Shown here piece after piece: positions 49,040 through 60,852 of a stretch of 64,000 bases of DNA. Position 1 is the stretch's first letter, and each line of letters begins with the position of its first letter. The translations under genes were made by a program, and so were the position numbers. The DNA lies in NCBI GenBank assembly GCA_028534125.1, contig CM052816.1, positions 58,096,001 to 58,160,000 of the forward strand, given 5' to 3'. Source of the DNA: Lama glama (lineage: Eukaryota). The notes under the pieces are model-generated. The model had not been told where the DNA came from. It saw only the letters and a program-made list of their open reading frames with translations, and ran no database searches.

Positions 49040-49195
49040 CATAACACCTGACAACTGTACCGTTAAAGGACTGTCAACACCTCAGGGACCACATCTGCCT
49101 TGTGCAGTGGTGTAACCTAGAGCCCACTACAGAGTGTGGCACATGTCAGCTAATATCTGGTGAATAAATGGACAGGTGAATTGACAGATGAATGC
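49040..49195 (+). mobile_element. L2 3' end
   Basis: agggaccacatctgccttgtg...cctagagcccactacagagtgtggcacat...aatatctggtgaataaatg. Confidence 0.65.
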
Positions 49196-49964
49196 TGTCA
49201 CATTTCCTAGGCAAGTCCTAACAAACACCTTTTACAATCTTCCCTCCAGGTTGCCAGCAGCTCTACACTGTGTTCATACACGATTCACTTGGAGGAGGAG
49301 ACTGGAGCCTGCCTGACTGCCCACATTGGCTTCTCATCACTCAGGCTGAATCTCCACATTTGCAAAAATAACTGATCCTCTCACCTCTGCCCAAGCCTAG
49401 GAAGCTTTTCATTGTCATTCCCAGTGAAAACTAAGCAAAAGCAAGGGTTTTGTAATTGTATAAGCAAAAAGCTAACTGACTAATGACTCAAAATTTAGAC
49501 ATGTACCCCAGCACTGCCATCATGGTTATTTCTTTTAATTACCATAGGTGGTTATGATGGGGAGGTCCCTCGGCTGGCTTGAGGCAGAGCCACCCAAGAA
49601 ACTCATATCCTAAGCCACTGCTGGGCTCTATTATTATCACATGTTCCTGAATTTTTATTACATCCTGGACACTGGTGTCTTTCCACTGGTGTTCATTTTG
49701 CAACCAGGACTTCACTGTGAACACTCTTCAAATGTGATGGATGCTCCAGCTGTCATCACACTACCACAGTGGTACCCAAGAACCGCTCATTTCAGCAATG
49801 TCCTTTATTGCCAAGAGTGCCCCTCAGGCACTTAGACCTGACGTTGGTAGCTCATGGATTACTTTGTCAGCCAGACACTCTTGGGTTGGATACTTTATGT
49901 TTATAATTTATAACCAGTACAGATTTTTATTTAGTTCTAAGTATATGCACCAAACAACATAATG

Positions 49965-50205
49965 ACATCAATAATAACGTCAGTACCACATAGCACTTAT
50001 TATGTGCAGGACACTCAGTGTTTTGTGTATTAACTCATTTATTTCTCGGAACAACCCTGAGTGATGGGTATTATTGTAATCATCCCTGTTTACAAATGAG
50101 CAAATCCAGGTACAAAGAGGTAAATAACTTGCTGAACACATCTGGTGTGAGGCAGAGTCAAGATATAAACCCAGACTGCCTTAGTCTGAGTCCAAGCTGA
50201 AAAAC
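49965..50205 (-). mobile_element. MIR SINE
   Basis: tagcacttattatgtgcaggacact...attaactcatttatttctc...tttacaaatgagcaaatccaggtacaaagaggtaaataacttg. Confidence 0.8.
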
Positions 50206-50354
50206 CCTGCACCTTTCAATACTTCTCTAAAATAATAAGCAGTACTACAGTACCCAACTCTCAGATCTCAATGTCTCTAATCTCTGTACACTCTCATGGC
50301 CCACCTAGGTCCCTCCCCACCTTCTCAAACTTATCAATGAACACTAAAACTCAC

Positions 50355-50595
50355 TAATAATTACGGAGCACTCAGCACATGTCAGGCGATGTGGCAAATA
50401 CTTTACATCCAATACCTCATTTGATTTTCACAATTACTTCTCAATATATACCCTATTGTTGCCCCTCATTTCGCAGAAAAGCAAACTGAAGCCAAGCAAG
50501 GTGAAGTAACTTCCGCACTGTCTCAAACCTGGTTAACTGGCTGAGCCAGGATTCCAGCCCAGGTCTGAGCAGCCCCAAGATCACTGCCCTGCATT
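50355..50595 (-). mobile_element. MIR SINE
   Basis: gagcactcagcacatgtcaggc...cctcatttcgcagaaaagcaaactgaagcc...gagccaggattccagcccaggtctg. Confidence 0.75.
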
Positions 50596-50874
50596 TTCTG
50601 GGAAGCTTTCTGAAGCACATCCTCAGCCCTGGTTGCTGACCTGCAGCTCTGTGACAATCTGCCCTTTTCCAACTCTCTACTAAAGCTATTTCTTTGCAGC
50701 CCACTGAGGTCTTTTTTCATTTGGATCTCCAACCCCAGCCCCATTCGCCACACCCAGTCTGTGAGCTACTGGAAAGCAAGTCAACTATCTCATTTTATTT
50801 CTTTTGCAGTATTTCTCTCTGGACATCATAGACAGAGCATACCCGCCGCATGTACACTGACTCAGTCCTCTGGC

Positions 50875-50908
50875 CCAGCTAGAGAGGGCCAGCTAGAGAG
50901 GGCCAGCT
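50875..50908. repeat. Short tandem duplication of CCAGCTAGAGAGGG (~2.4 copies)
   Basis: ccagctagagagggccagctagagagggccagct. Confidence 0.9.
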
Positions 50909-51909
50909 CTTCGGGGATGCACCTTCACTAGATAGCACTGTGGTCCTTTCTTTTTCTTTATTAGCTTTTCTTCTCTTGGCTCAAGGTCTGGCTTTACTGC
51001 CTGTCTGCATAGATATCCCCCTCCTTTGCTGCCTGCATAGCTCCACCCAATCGGGCAGCGAGCTCTAGTCAAGGGGACTGTCTATCACTCCAGACCTGAA
51101 GACTTTACTGAAAGCATCCAGTATTCTCTTCAAATTTAAGTCAAGCACAGTGGTCAGAGCTGCTCTTCTTCAAGAAGGAAAGTCCCAGAGGAAATCAGCT
51201 CTAGGCTCCAGATATGCAGAAGAAAAGAAAGCCAAGTTCCACCACTGGTCCCCACTAATAACTACATAACCAACCAATACACCCTCCAAGCAGATGGTGA
51301 GAGTGGACCATCCACACGAGACCTCCCTGGCAGAAGCATTTCCAAACACCCCAAACCACCCCCTTTAGGAAACTTCATACTGCAGATGCCCTAGGCTAGA
51401 ATTACTGCTGAATTTCAAGTACTTCCATGTAAACAAGGTTGATTTCCTTCCATTGATGCCACCATTACTATGCACAAAGCCATTTATATATAAGAGTCAA
51501 ACTGCTTTTATATTGGACTTTTATCTTCCGCAGTTCATTTAGCCAAATTGATAAACTTGCCAAGTCTTATAGCCTTGTGCTTTCATTCTGGGGCACATCC
51601 CATCATCTCCCTGTAAATAAGCCTTTCAATTGATCAGTGGTTTATATTCTCCTATATTGCTTGTTTAGGGATATGTTTCTGCTATCTTCATAAGAGACTC
51701 TTCATCAACCTGGGCTATTCTTAGTGACATACCATAAAAATAGTCACACTCCCTGTCCCTCCTCATGACGTCTACCTCATAAAGATTTTGCTGCTTCAGA
51801 TGAAACAAGGCACATTGGCTGATATTCTGGGTGCCCTGTGTCTGTCATCAGACTGAGGCCTGGGATGTCCAGAGCATTTAGAAGAAGAATCATTACCCTA
51901 GCACAGCCT

Positions 51910-52190
51910 ACTTAGCTTATAAAAATAAATATTTGCCCAACAATATGGCAGATTTATAAGCTGCATTTAATACTGTAATGAAAAGGTCTATCACTGCGTG
52001 TGCAAGAGAGAGAAGAAGAGTTAAGGTTGCCATGGGAGACTCTGGCACTTCAGAATCTTTATGATTATGAACAATAATTAGAGGTAATGCTTTATGGTGG
52101 TGAAGCACCTCCTGGGCTCCTGATAATTGTAAAGTGTTTGGCAATTAACTCAAGCTCCCTGAGATTCAGGTTGGTGTAATTAACCCCACA
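51910..52190. promoter_or_regulatory. Candidate conserved non-coding element/enhancer
   Basis: Repeat-free block with clustered TTTAT(G/A), TAATTA and CAATTAAC homeodomain motifs. Confidence 0.4.
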
Positions 52191-54601
52191 AGGAGAAGCA
52201 GCCCCAGGGAAAGGGAGTCACGTGGGGAGAGCCACCCCACTTTGCAGTGGCATAGATAAAGAGGCCTCCCTAGTCCTTGCCCCTCACCACCTCCACCACA
52301 AATCTCTGCCAGAGACCCCCTTCTTGGCCCAAGGCCGTTTGCTCAGATGGTTGGTTGGGTTGGGTTCATAGGAATGCTTGCCTGCACTCTGGAGGGGTGG
52401 GCAGGATAAAAGCCCAGGTGTCAGTCTGCCAGTGTTCCATTTCACTGGGTGTGGACATGCAGTCCTGAGCAGCTGTGGCAAGAGGAATGCAGAAAGCCAC
52501 CTGGGGAAAGGGAAGTTGGGGAGATGCTGCTCAGCTGTGATCAGCTAAACCTTCATGAAACCAGTTGTTCTGTCCTCTCTTCTCCAAGCAGCTGCAATCT
52601 GCGATTGACCCTTAGTCTGCCAACTTCTCTATTTATCGTCCCATGACACAAACATGCTGTTAGGCATCTATAAGGAGCTGGAGAGAAGGGGGATCATCTT
52701 AAAGCAAAGTGTTATTGACAATGTCAGTGTCTCTATTATATGTATGTTATAATGTTATTTTTATGTATTATATAAATATATTACATTGTGTGTGTGTGTG
52801 AGTGTACACATACATACATACAGGTAAATCCCTAAAATAAGTGAGTCATATGCTTTGGCTTTGTTATGTCAATCAAAAGCTAGATCTCCATTTTCTCCAA
52901 AGGAAAATAGCATATAACTTTTGAAAATTTCACCCAATATTCCCTTTTGTTTAAACTTAAATTTCCATAGGCTAATTCAAATAGTTCACTTTCTTGGTTG
53001 AAAGCTACTGCCTTGTGTGTGCTGACAGACTCCAACCAGGGAAGATGCTGGATTCCTGCCACTGACAAACTTAACCCTATTTCTCAATCCCTGCCTGCAT
53101 GACCCACACAGCTCTGAGAGGGTTTGGTGATGGATCACAGCCCTGACTAGAGACAAGGGCGATAGATACATGGAGCTGGCACAGAAGACCATCTTTGCCA
53201 GCGCTGTGCTGAGTGGGAAGACAACACAAGCATTTTCCCTTGATGCAGTGGTCTCGTTAATCCCTGCTCCCAGCAAGAATAATACCTGACCCCATTAGTG
53301 GGTGCAGCTGCACTGGCAGCTAAGCCAGGGATGGAGGGAACAGATGAGGTAAGCCATGTCTTTTACTTCGCTCCAAGGAAGAATCTGTGCAGCACAAGGC
53401 CTCTAGTATATTTTGAAAGAATGTTTTGTACCAGAAAAGCTAATTCACTGTGATTAGTTCCATTACATTTGTGAGATTTTCGCTCTATATTTGGAAGGCA
53501 GTTTGGAGTCCCCTTTGGTGATTTTCCTCTATGCGCTGAAGGCATTTTCCAAAACTTCTAACAATACAAATCCAAATACAACCATGAATAACACCTCCTG
53601 GGTCCTGGGAAACAGGAATGCTTGTGTACCATGAGAAGAAGTCAGTCACTTGCAAGTTACCCTGATGGGAATTCAGAGGGTAGGGGAGGGAACTGGAGGA
53701 CCACAGAGAGACCAGGTGTAGGACTGGGGTCTAGGAGAGAGGTGGGTGGGATCGTTCACTTTCCACGGTCCACACTTCTGTGCTGGTTGGAACTCATGCA
53801 AGTTTCCTTTTGTTGGTGACAACAACAAATGGAGGTTATTTAGGATTCCTAGTGTTTTTGAAGCAGCTCAGAGGGTACACAATTTGCTGAGCCAGGGATG
53901 ACAGAGAAGATACAAGCTGAAGGAACTGGGCCTGAGCCAAATACCCAGATCAGACAGGAAGACAAAGAGAAGTCCTCCAGAAAGTTCTGGGTAGTTGACA
54001 GGACTTAGAGGAGAGTTAGAGGCTTCATACGAAAGAAATGGAGAGAGAGGGAGAGCCTGTCATTGAACACAAAGAAGTAAGACTGAAGAAAGCAAAAGCC
54101 TGATGAGGTTTCCTTCCCTCCCTCTGTCCTTCCTTCCTTCTTTCCTTTCTTCCTCTCTCTCTTTCATGAAATTCTCTGTGCGATGCAGTATAGACCTCAC
54201 TATAAACCATTAGTAAAATCTACATTTCTCATGAATATCTCTTGGAGTTTCCTTTTTAAGAAATGCAAGAAAATGCTAATTCCTGCTTTGGGGATGGCAT
54301 GAGGGAGAACCAGGGGACAGCCGCACATGTACTCATTTGATTCCTATAGTCCTAAAGGATGATTCGTGTAATTGACGGGGGTGAGGAAAGAAGACACAAA
54401 TTTGGATTTCGGACCTCACATTCTTTACACCCACTTGGCAGCCCTGGCCTCTGCCCTTCACATTCTGTAGGCTCCCCCCATAACCTCTCCACCTCCCTTC
54501 TCCCAAAGAAAGTCCACCCACAAGGTCATTCTCAGGGGCAGTGCCCAGGATTGGAGGCAAACACCAGACCCACCATGCGAGCCCAGGCTGCCAGGGATCC
54601 A

Positions 54602-54701
54602 NNNNNNNNNNNNNNNNNNNNNNNNNNNNNNNNNNNNNNNNNNNNNNNNNNNNNNNNNNNNNNNNNNNNNNNNNNNNNNNNNNNNNNNNNNNNNNNNNNN
54701 N
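54602..54701. other. Assembly gap (100 N)
   Basis: Run of N. Confidence 1.
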
Positions 54702-54989
54702 CGTGTGATGCCTGTTTACTCTGTGCCAGGTCCTGTGTGCTTGTTTCATCCTCCCAACAATTCCATTTGGTCTTCACTGCCCCCTGTCCACCCCACCCCA
54801 CTCCACCCAACCCCCACCAGTGCGAAAACATCACTGCCTGAGAAATGATGGCAGAGACACAGCAATTGAGTCAGTAATAATGTGAGAATTCTAGTTTTTA
54901 AACCTGACATACTTGGGACAAAATGATTTAAATTTGTCTTTAACACGGGTCAAAAAGCCCCCGGAGGCTTATATGCAAAGGGTTTTGTA

Positions 54990-55335
54990 TTGCAGGAATA
55001 GGAGGAAGACTTAAGAACTATGGATGCAGAACCTGGAGAAGAAGAGGCCCAAGCAGAGGATGCCAGGCCTTCACACACATGAGGGTGGCATGAGGACAAG
55101 GGATCTGTCTGTGCCCTGTTGGGGGACACAGTGGGACAGGGGCTGGAAGATTTCAGCTATCTGTGGGAAGCAGTCAGAAACGATTCCAGTTCGGAGGTAG
55201 TGAGCTTCCTGTCCCTGTAAATGTTCAAGTTGAGTCTGGATGGCCACATGGCAGGACTATCACAAACAGGTTCCCATCACATGGAGGGGTCCACATCACG
55301 TGAACATGAAGCTTCTCTCTGTCCCTGACATCTGA
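54990..55335 (+). mobile_element. L3/CR1 LINE 3' end
   Basis: aagaactatggatgcagaacctggagaagaagagg...gaggtagtgagcttcctgtccctgtaaatgttcaagttgagtctggatggccac, typical of the CR1 ORF2 end. Confidence 0.75.
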
Positions 55336-55959
55336 CCAGATTTGCTCAGCCTCATAACTGAGAGAGAGCAATGCTGAGTCCACAGGCAGCTGGGGCGCAG
55401 GTGTCTGTCATGGGCCCGGGAGACTTGGTTTTTTTAAATTCTTCCCACGTCTTTATTGTTCACGGCAGATACTTTGGTTCCCAATCCCCTGATATTCAGA
55501 TGCCATATCTGACTGACCAATGTCCATACTCTAGAGATGCTAAAGAAGTTTTGTTTTATATGACCCTGTCCATAAAGAAGTCTCAGAGGGCCTGGTCGGG
55601 TGGACTCAATGATTATTGGACAGCTCCATGGGGACTGGAAGGCCAGAAGGCCTGGCCCTTCCAATAGGGAGAATCCCGCTAGTCATAGCCATCTGCCTAC
55701 AGTTAATTGCTTGTATCCTTTATTCACAGAAAGTGTAGTTGTGTTATTGGTACTTTCCTACCAAACACTATACAACTACATAATGTGTACGAAACAATCT
55801 TGACCCCAAGCAGCTTAAAATCTGGGGGATATAAAGTAGCATGTGTGCAGGGAAGAATTAGAGGGCATTCAAACATCAAACTTCATGGAAACAGAACCTA
55901 AGAGCTATTGAAATGGAAGGCAGGCATTGGTCAGTAAGGGCAGGCAAACCACAGGCCAC

Positions 55960-56365
55960 AGGCAAAGTTCCAATCTGCTGCATAATAACTGAGTAATTTT
56001 GGACAGTTACTTAATCTCTCCAAGCCTCCTTTTCTTTATCTGTAAAATGGGAATAAGAATACTTACCTTTCTGGACTGCTTTAAAGATTATAGATATTAT
56101 GCATAAATTACTATTACGGATAATATTCTTATAGTGTTTATTATCTGCCAAGTACTGTTATGTAGATTAACTCTATGAGGTAGGTACTATTACCATCCCC
56201 ATTATATAAAGCAGGAGACTGAGAGTTGCTAAGATATAAGTAACTTGCCCAAAGTCAGCAGCTGGTAGGTGACAGAACCAGAATTTATTCCCAAACAGGC
56301 TGGCTAGAAGCAGTCTTAAGCACTATATCACACTGGGTGATACAGTAGGTGTTTAATAATCTGAT
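55960..56365. mobile_element. Plus-strand MIR with an antisense MIR (~56120-56330) inserted
   Basis: ttacttaatctctccaagcctcctttt...ctgtaaaatgggaataag, then ctatgaggtaggtactattaccatcccc...taacttgcccaaagtc, then the MIR end cagtaggtgtttaataat. Confidence 0.7.
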
Positions 56366-56429
56366 ATTGTTCCTACCAGGACCACCATCTTTACCACAAC
56401 CACCATCACTAGTGTGGGCTGGACGATTG

Positions 56430-56965
56430 GCAGTTTCCATCAAGAGTAGCACCTGAGCCTAAAGACCGGAGTGTTTTACTAGTTAAATGGGAAGAATAGA
56501 GGGCATCCCAGGTAAAGGAACAGTGGGAGCAAAGGTAGGAGCAGCCCTGGCCTTGAGAGGGACAGGGCAGACCTGCCTGGTTGAAGCCTGCCATAGGCTG
56601 GGAGCCATAAAAAATGCCTTAGTCCATTGAGGCTGGGGCCAGATCTTGGAAGCTCCTGAAATCCATACAGAAGAGTCTGGACTCAGTAACAGCCACAGGA
56701 GGCCAGGCCAGGGCTCAGGCCTGGCAATGTCACATGTGGCAATGGAAGCTGAGTTTTTAGAAAATCAGCTGAACAGCAGAGAGAGCAGCCTTGGCAGGAA
56801 GGGCAGCAAGGACACTACTGGTAATCATGAGGACTAAAGTGATGAGACCATAAACTGGAGGAAAGGGCAGATGAGAAGGTCCAAATTTGGTGAAGGAGAG
56901 AGAGGAGTGAAAGAAAGGGAATGGGAAGGAAACATTAAAAGACGCCCCCAGTTTTACCAGTGACA
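56430..56965 (-). mobile_element. L2 fragment
   Basis: gggcatcccaggtaaaggaacag...ggggccagatcttggaagc...ttttagaaaatcagctg. Confidence 0.6.
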
Positions 56966-58149
56966 ACCCTTAAAAGAGCTATGGATGCATTCCTCACTCA
57001 CTTCTCAGATGGTCTCCCCGCTGCTCCGCACAGTGCAACAAGCACTAAAAAGCAGGCATAGCCCTTCAGGCCTGCGTGTGATGGGCACCCGGGGGACAAA
57101 CACTGCGTGGTCCTGAGGTCCCTGACACCAGAGTGGGGGATCCTCTCCTCCTCTGGGAAAGCAGATCGGAACCTCGCAACACGTCTGCAGCTCTCTGAAG
57201 CCCTTCCAAGAGATCGGCTGCATATCAGCAACGACAGAGGACACAAGATGCTCTCTGAAAACTCTTTGTTCACAATCCTTTTGTTTAGAAATCATGATAG
57301 CTTGCTCCTTTGATTCGACCAACATGCCCACACATTTTTCAAAAGAAAGATGAAAGGCGAGCTTGTCTGTTTGCATCCAAATAAGGTGGAAAGTGATGGA
57401 GAGTAAATGTCACAAGGCTCTTAATTCCTGCCCTTGGTGAAACAAGAAACAGGTCAGAACACTTTCTACCCTCAGAACCCAATTGCAGGGTCAATTGTTG
57501 CCAACTCAGAGCTTATCTGCAGGCCATTTGTTGCAAACCCCTCTGCAGTCTGTCCCTGTCACCAAGGGAAGCACCAGCTCTGGGGTTTTGAGACTGTTCA
57601 GAGGGTTGAATGATGCCATCTTTGGGCAAAGAGCTGAAGCAATGTAGAAAATATCTGACATCAAATAAAAGGGAATAAAGAGTAAGTGGAAACCCTTTGT
57701 TCAGATTCAGCTTCTTGGAATCTTCTATCTTGTTTCCCTGTGGCCATCTCCCCTTTGGGCTGGACTCTGTTTCTGGGGATGGGAGAGACTAGGGAAGCTC
57801 CCTCCAACCTGGTAGCAAACTCCAGAGACACCTGGGCCAACGATGACAAGGGACTCTCCTCCAGCAGAGAGGCCCTGCCTGGTCCAGCCGAACCCCCACA
57901 GTAAGTCTTTTTCCTTCTGAACAGCCAGACCCAGTTCCCAGACCAGGAGAAATTAGATTAGTCTGACAAGATTTGTGCTGTCAGAAAGCAAGTTTTATTT
58001 TTACCCTCAAGCTTGTGATCTTCTAGGTGTCTGCAAATTGGGGGATTATTTTCACCCAGATGTAGAAATCAAGTTATTCCACTTTGCCTTTCTGCCTGCA
58101 TTTCCCGCATGGTGTTGGCTCTGCTGGTTGGAGCTGGCTGACCTCTGCA

Positions 58150-58290
58150 GAGTCTGAACTGAGCTGGAATCTTGCCTGTGCCACTTTCAAGCTATGTTAT
58201 TCTGGGCAAGTAATTTTTTAACCCTTTCTAGATCTCAGTCTCCTTATCTGTAAAACACACAGGGTTAGATGGCCTCTATGGTGTGAAAGA
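58150..58290 (+). mobile_element. MIR fragment
   Basis: gctatgttattctgggcaagtaa...tctcagtctccttatctgtaaaa. Confidence 0.7.
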
Positions 58291-59182
58291 ATAAAAAGAA
58301 AAGGGTTTTAAAAATGCATCTATTTTAAAACAATCTTGGCTTTTCACCTTCCCATTTATAAAAAGGGCAACATCTAATTTCTGTATATCTGAGAATATCT
58401 GCCACATTTTGGAAATGTATTATCTTTATCTTTACCAAATGGAAGGAATGAGTAATGGAGGAAAAAATATTAAATAGCGAGTGCAAGATATGAAATGGTC
58501 TGGTTTGCAGAGACTGAAAACCCAGCCTGTAGCTTCATAGGCTGAGCTTTGCAGACCCCTCATCTTGGCTCTCTCACTTACAGACACCTGGTGTACCTCT
58601 CAGCCATCAGCCTCCATGGGAAGCACCATCTGAAGCTCCAACTCTCAGACTCTGCGTCCCCAGTGATTTGACATCTTCAAGGTCAAAATCAAATGAGTGG
58701 AGCTGCACAGGACATGAGATGGCTTTGCTGGACTTTCTGAGGAACACAAGGATGGCGGGACAAGAATTCTGCCCTCCTGACGAGCACGCTGGGATCAACG
58801 GCATGATAAAGGGACTTGCAATAAGTCCTGACTTTGTAGGACAATCAGCAGCCCTCTAGCAGTTCAGAGGAGGGAGGCCAGGAGGGCTGGAATAGGTGTG
58901 GCACAGGGAACACCAACCATGCACATGCTCCAAGGGCCAAGAAAGAAAAAGTATGTTAACTCCAGCAGCCAAACTAGTGGCCCCATCATTCATTCATGCC
59001 TTTCTCCTACCAAGACTCTTTGAGTACTACAGAAAGGAGGATAAGGAGATGAATAAAACAGGACTGCACCCTCCAGATACTTCTTCTCACAGAAAAGCTA
59101 ACAATTTAATATATGACTAAAGTTCAAGTACTTTACTTGAGGGAAAGTACCTCGGCCCCTCAATCAGCACCTAATTACTCTT

Positions 59183-60632
59183 TTTTAAAAATTAACTTTA
59201 TTGAGATATAATTTACATATAAAATTCACCCATTTTATACATATAATTCAGTAAGTTCTAGTAAGTTTATAGAGAGAGGTGTAGCCATCACCATAATCCA
59301 GTTTTAGAACATTTTTATCATCTCAACAAAACCTCTCAAGCTCATTTGCAGTTAATCCCTGTTTCCATCCCTAGCCAACCACCTATCTACTTTCTATTCC
59401 CGTATTTGCTTTTTCTGGACATTTTGTATAAATGGAATCATAGAATACATAGCCTTTCATGTCTGGTTTCTTTCACTAAGCATAATGATCGTGAGGTTCA
59501 CCCATGTTGTAGCATGTGTCAGTACTTCTTCCCCTTTTATGTTGAATAAGGTTCCATTGTATGGATATATCACATTTTATTTATCCACTCACCAATTGAT
59601 GGATACTTGGGTTGCTTCCACTTTTTATCTGTATGAATAGTGCTGCTATGAACATTTGTGTATAAGTCTTTGTGTGGACATATGCTTTCACTTCTTTTGG
59701 GTATAAACCTAGGATTAGAACTGCTGTGCTACATGATAAAATTTGTTTAACTTTTTAAGAAGCCATCAAACTGTTTTCCAAAGTGGCTGTACCATTTTCC
59801 ATGTTCACAACAACATAGGAGGGTTCCCATTTTTCCATATCTTCACCAGTATTTGTTATCTATCTTTTTGATTATAGCCATTCATTCTAGGGGGTGTGAA
59901 ATGGTACCACATTGTAGCTCAGATTTGCATTTCCTTAATGACTAATGATGTTGAACATCTTTTCATGTCTTTAGTGATCATTCACATATCTTCTTTCTCC
60001 ACTGAACTATCTTGCATCTTTGTCAAAATCAATTAATTTTAAGTATAGTGGTTTATTTCTAGACTTCAGTTCTGTTCCATTGATCTATATGCTTATTCTT
60101 ACGCCAGAACTACATGGTCTTGTTCCTTGTAGCTATATAGTAAGTTTTGAAATTTGGAAGTGAAAGTCCTCCAACTTTGTCCTTTCTTTTTTCTTTCTGC
60201 AACACTGTTTTGGTTATTCTAGGTTTTACTTTTCCTTACAAATGTTAGAAATAACCTGTCTGTAAAAAAAAAGGTTAAAATTTTTGTATAAATTTTAGAT
60301 CAATATGGGAAGAACGGCCATCTTAACACTACTGAGCCTTCCAATCCATGAACGTGAAATGCATCTTCATTTATTTGGATTAGATCTTCTCTAATTTCCC
60401 TCAGCAGCATTTTGTAATTTTCAGTGTACAATCTTGCACTTCTTTTGTTAAATTTATTCCTAAGTATTTTACTCTTTTTAATGATATCGTGAGTGGGATT
60501 GTTTTCTTTCTTTTTTGATTATTCATTGCTTATATGTAGAAATACAATTGATTTTTGTATCATATCAACTTGCTGAACCTGTTTAATAATTCCAATAGTT
60601 TTGTGTGTGTGTGTGTATTCCTTAGGATTTAT
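59183..60632 (-). mobile_element. L1MB-like element (3' UTR + deleted ORF2)
   Basis: actttattgagatataatttacatataaaattcacccatttt..., gatggatacttgggttgcttccac, aaagtcctccaactttg, aatacaattgatttttgtat. Confidence 0.9.
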
Positions 60633-60794
60633 CTAATCATTCTTACTTTAAATACAATATAACAAGTTAATAAATCCAGTTTGCTAGTTCACAACAAACT
60701 AAAAGTTGCAAATTAGGGGAATGAGGCACCCAAGAAACAAGTTTACTGGTATCTCTAACAGATTACATAGCCTAACAATCAATAAGACAGAAGG

Positions 60795-60852
60795 GGAAAA
60801 ATAGAAAAGAAAAGTAAAGAAAAAAGGAAAGGAAAGAAAAGAAAAGAAAAAG
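60795..60852. repeat. (GAAAA)n purine-rich simple repeat
   Basis: Direct reading. Confidence 0.85.

Noticed and set aside
49240..49620. Two acceptor-like sites (ccctccag| and taccatag|)
   Set aside because: The frames examined close early and there are no matching donors. Such sites are common by chance.
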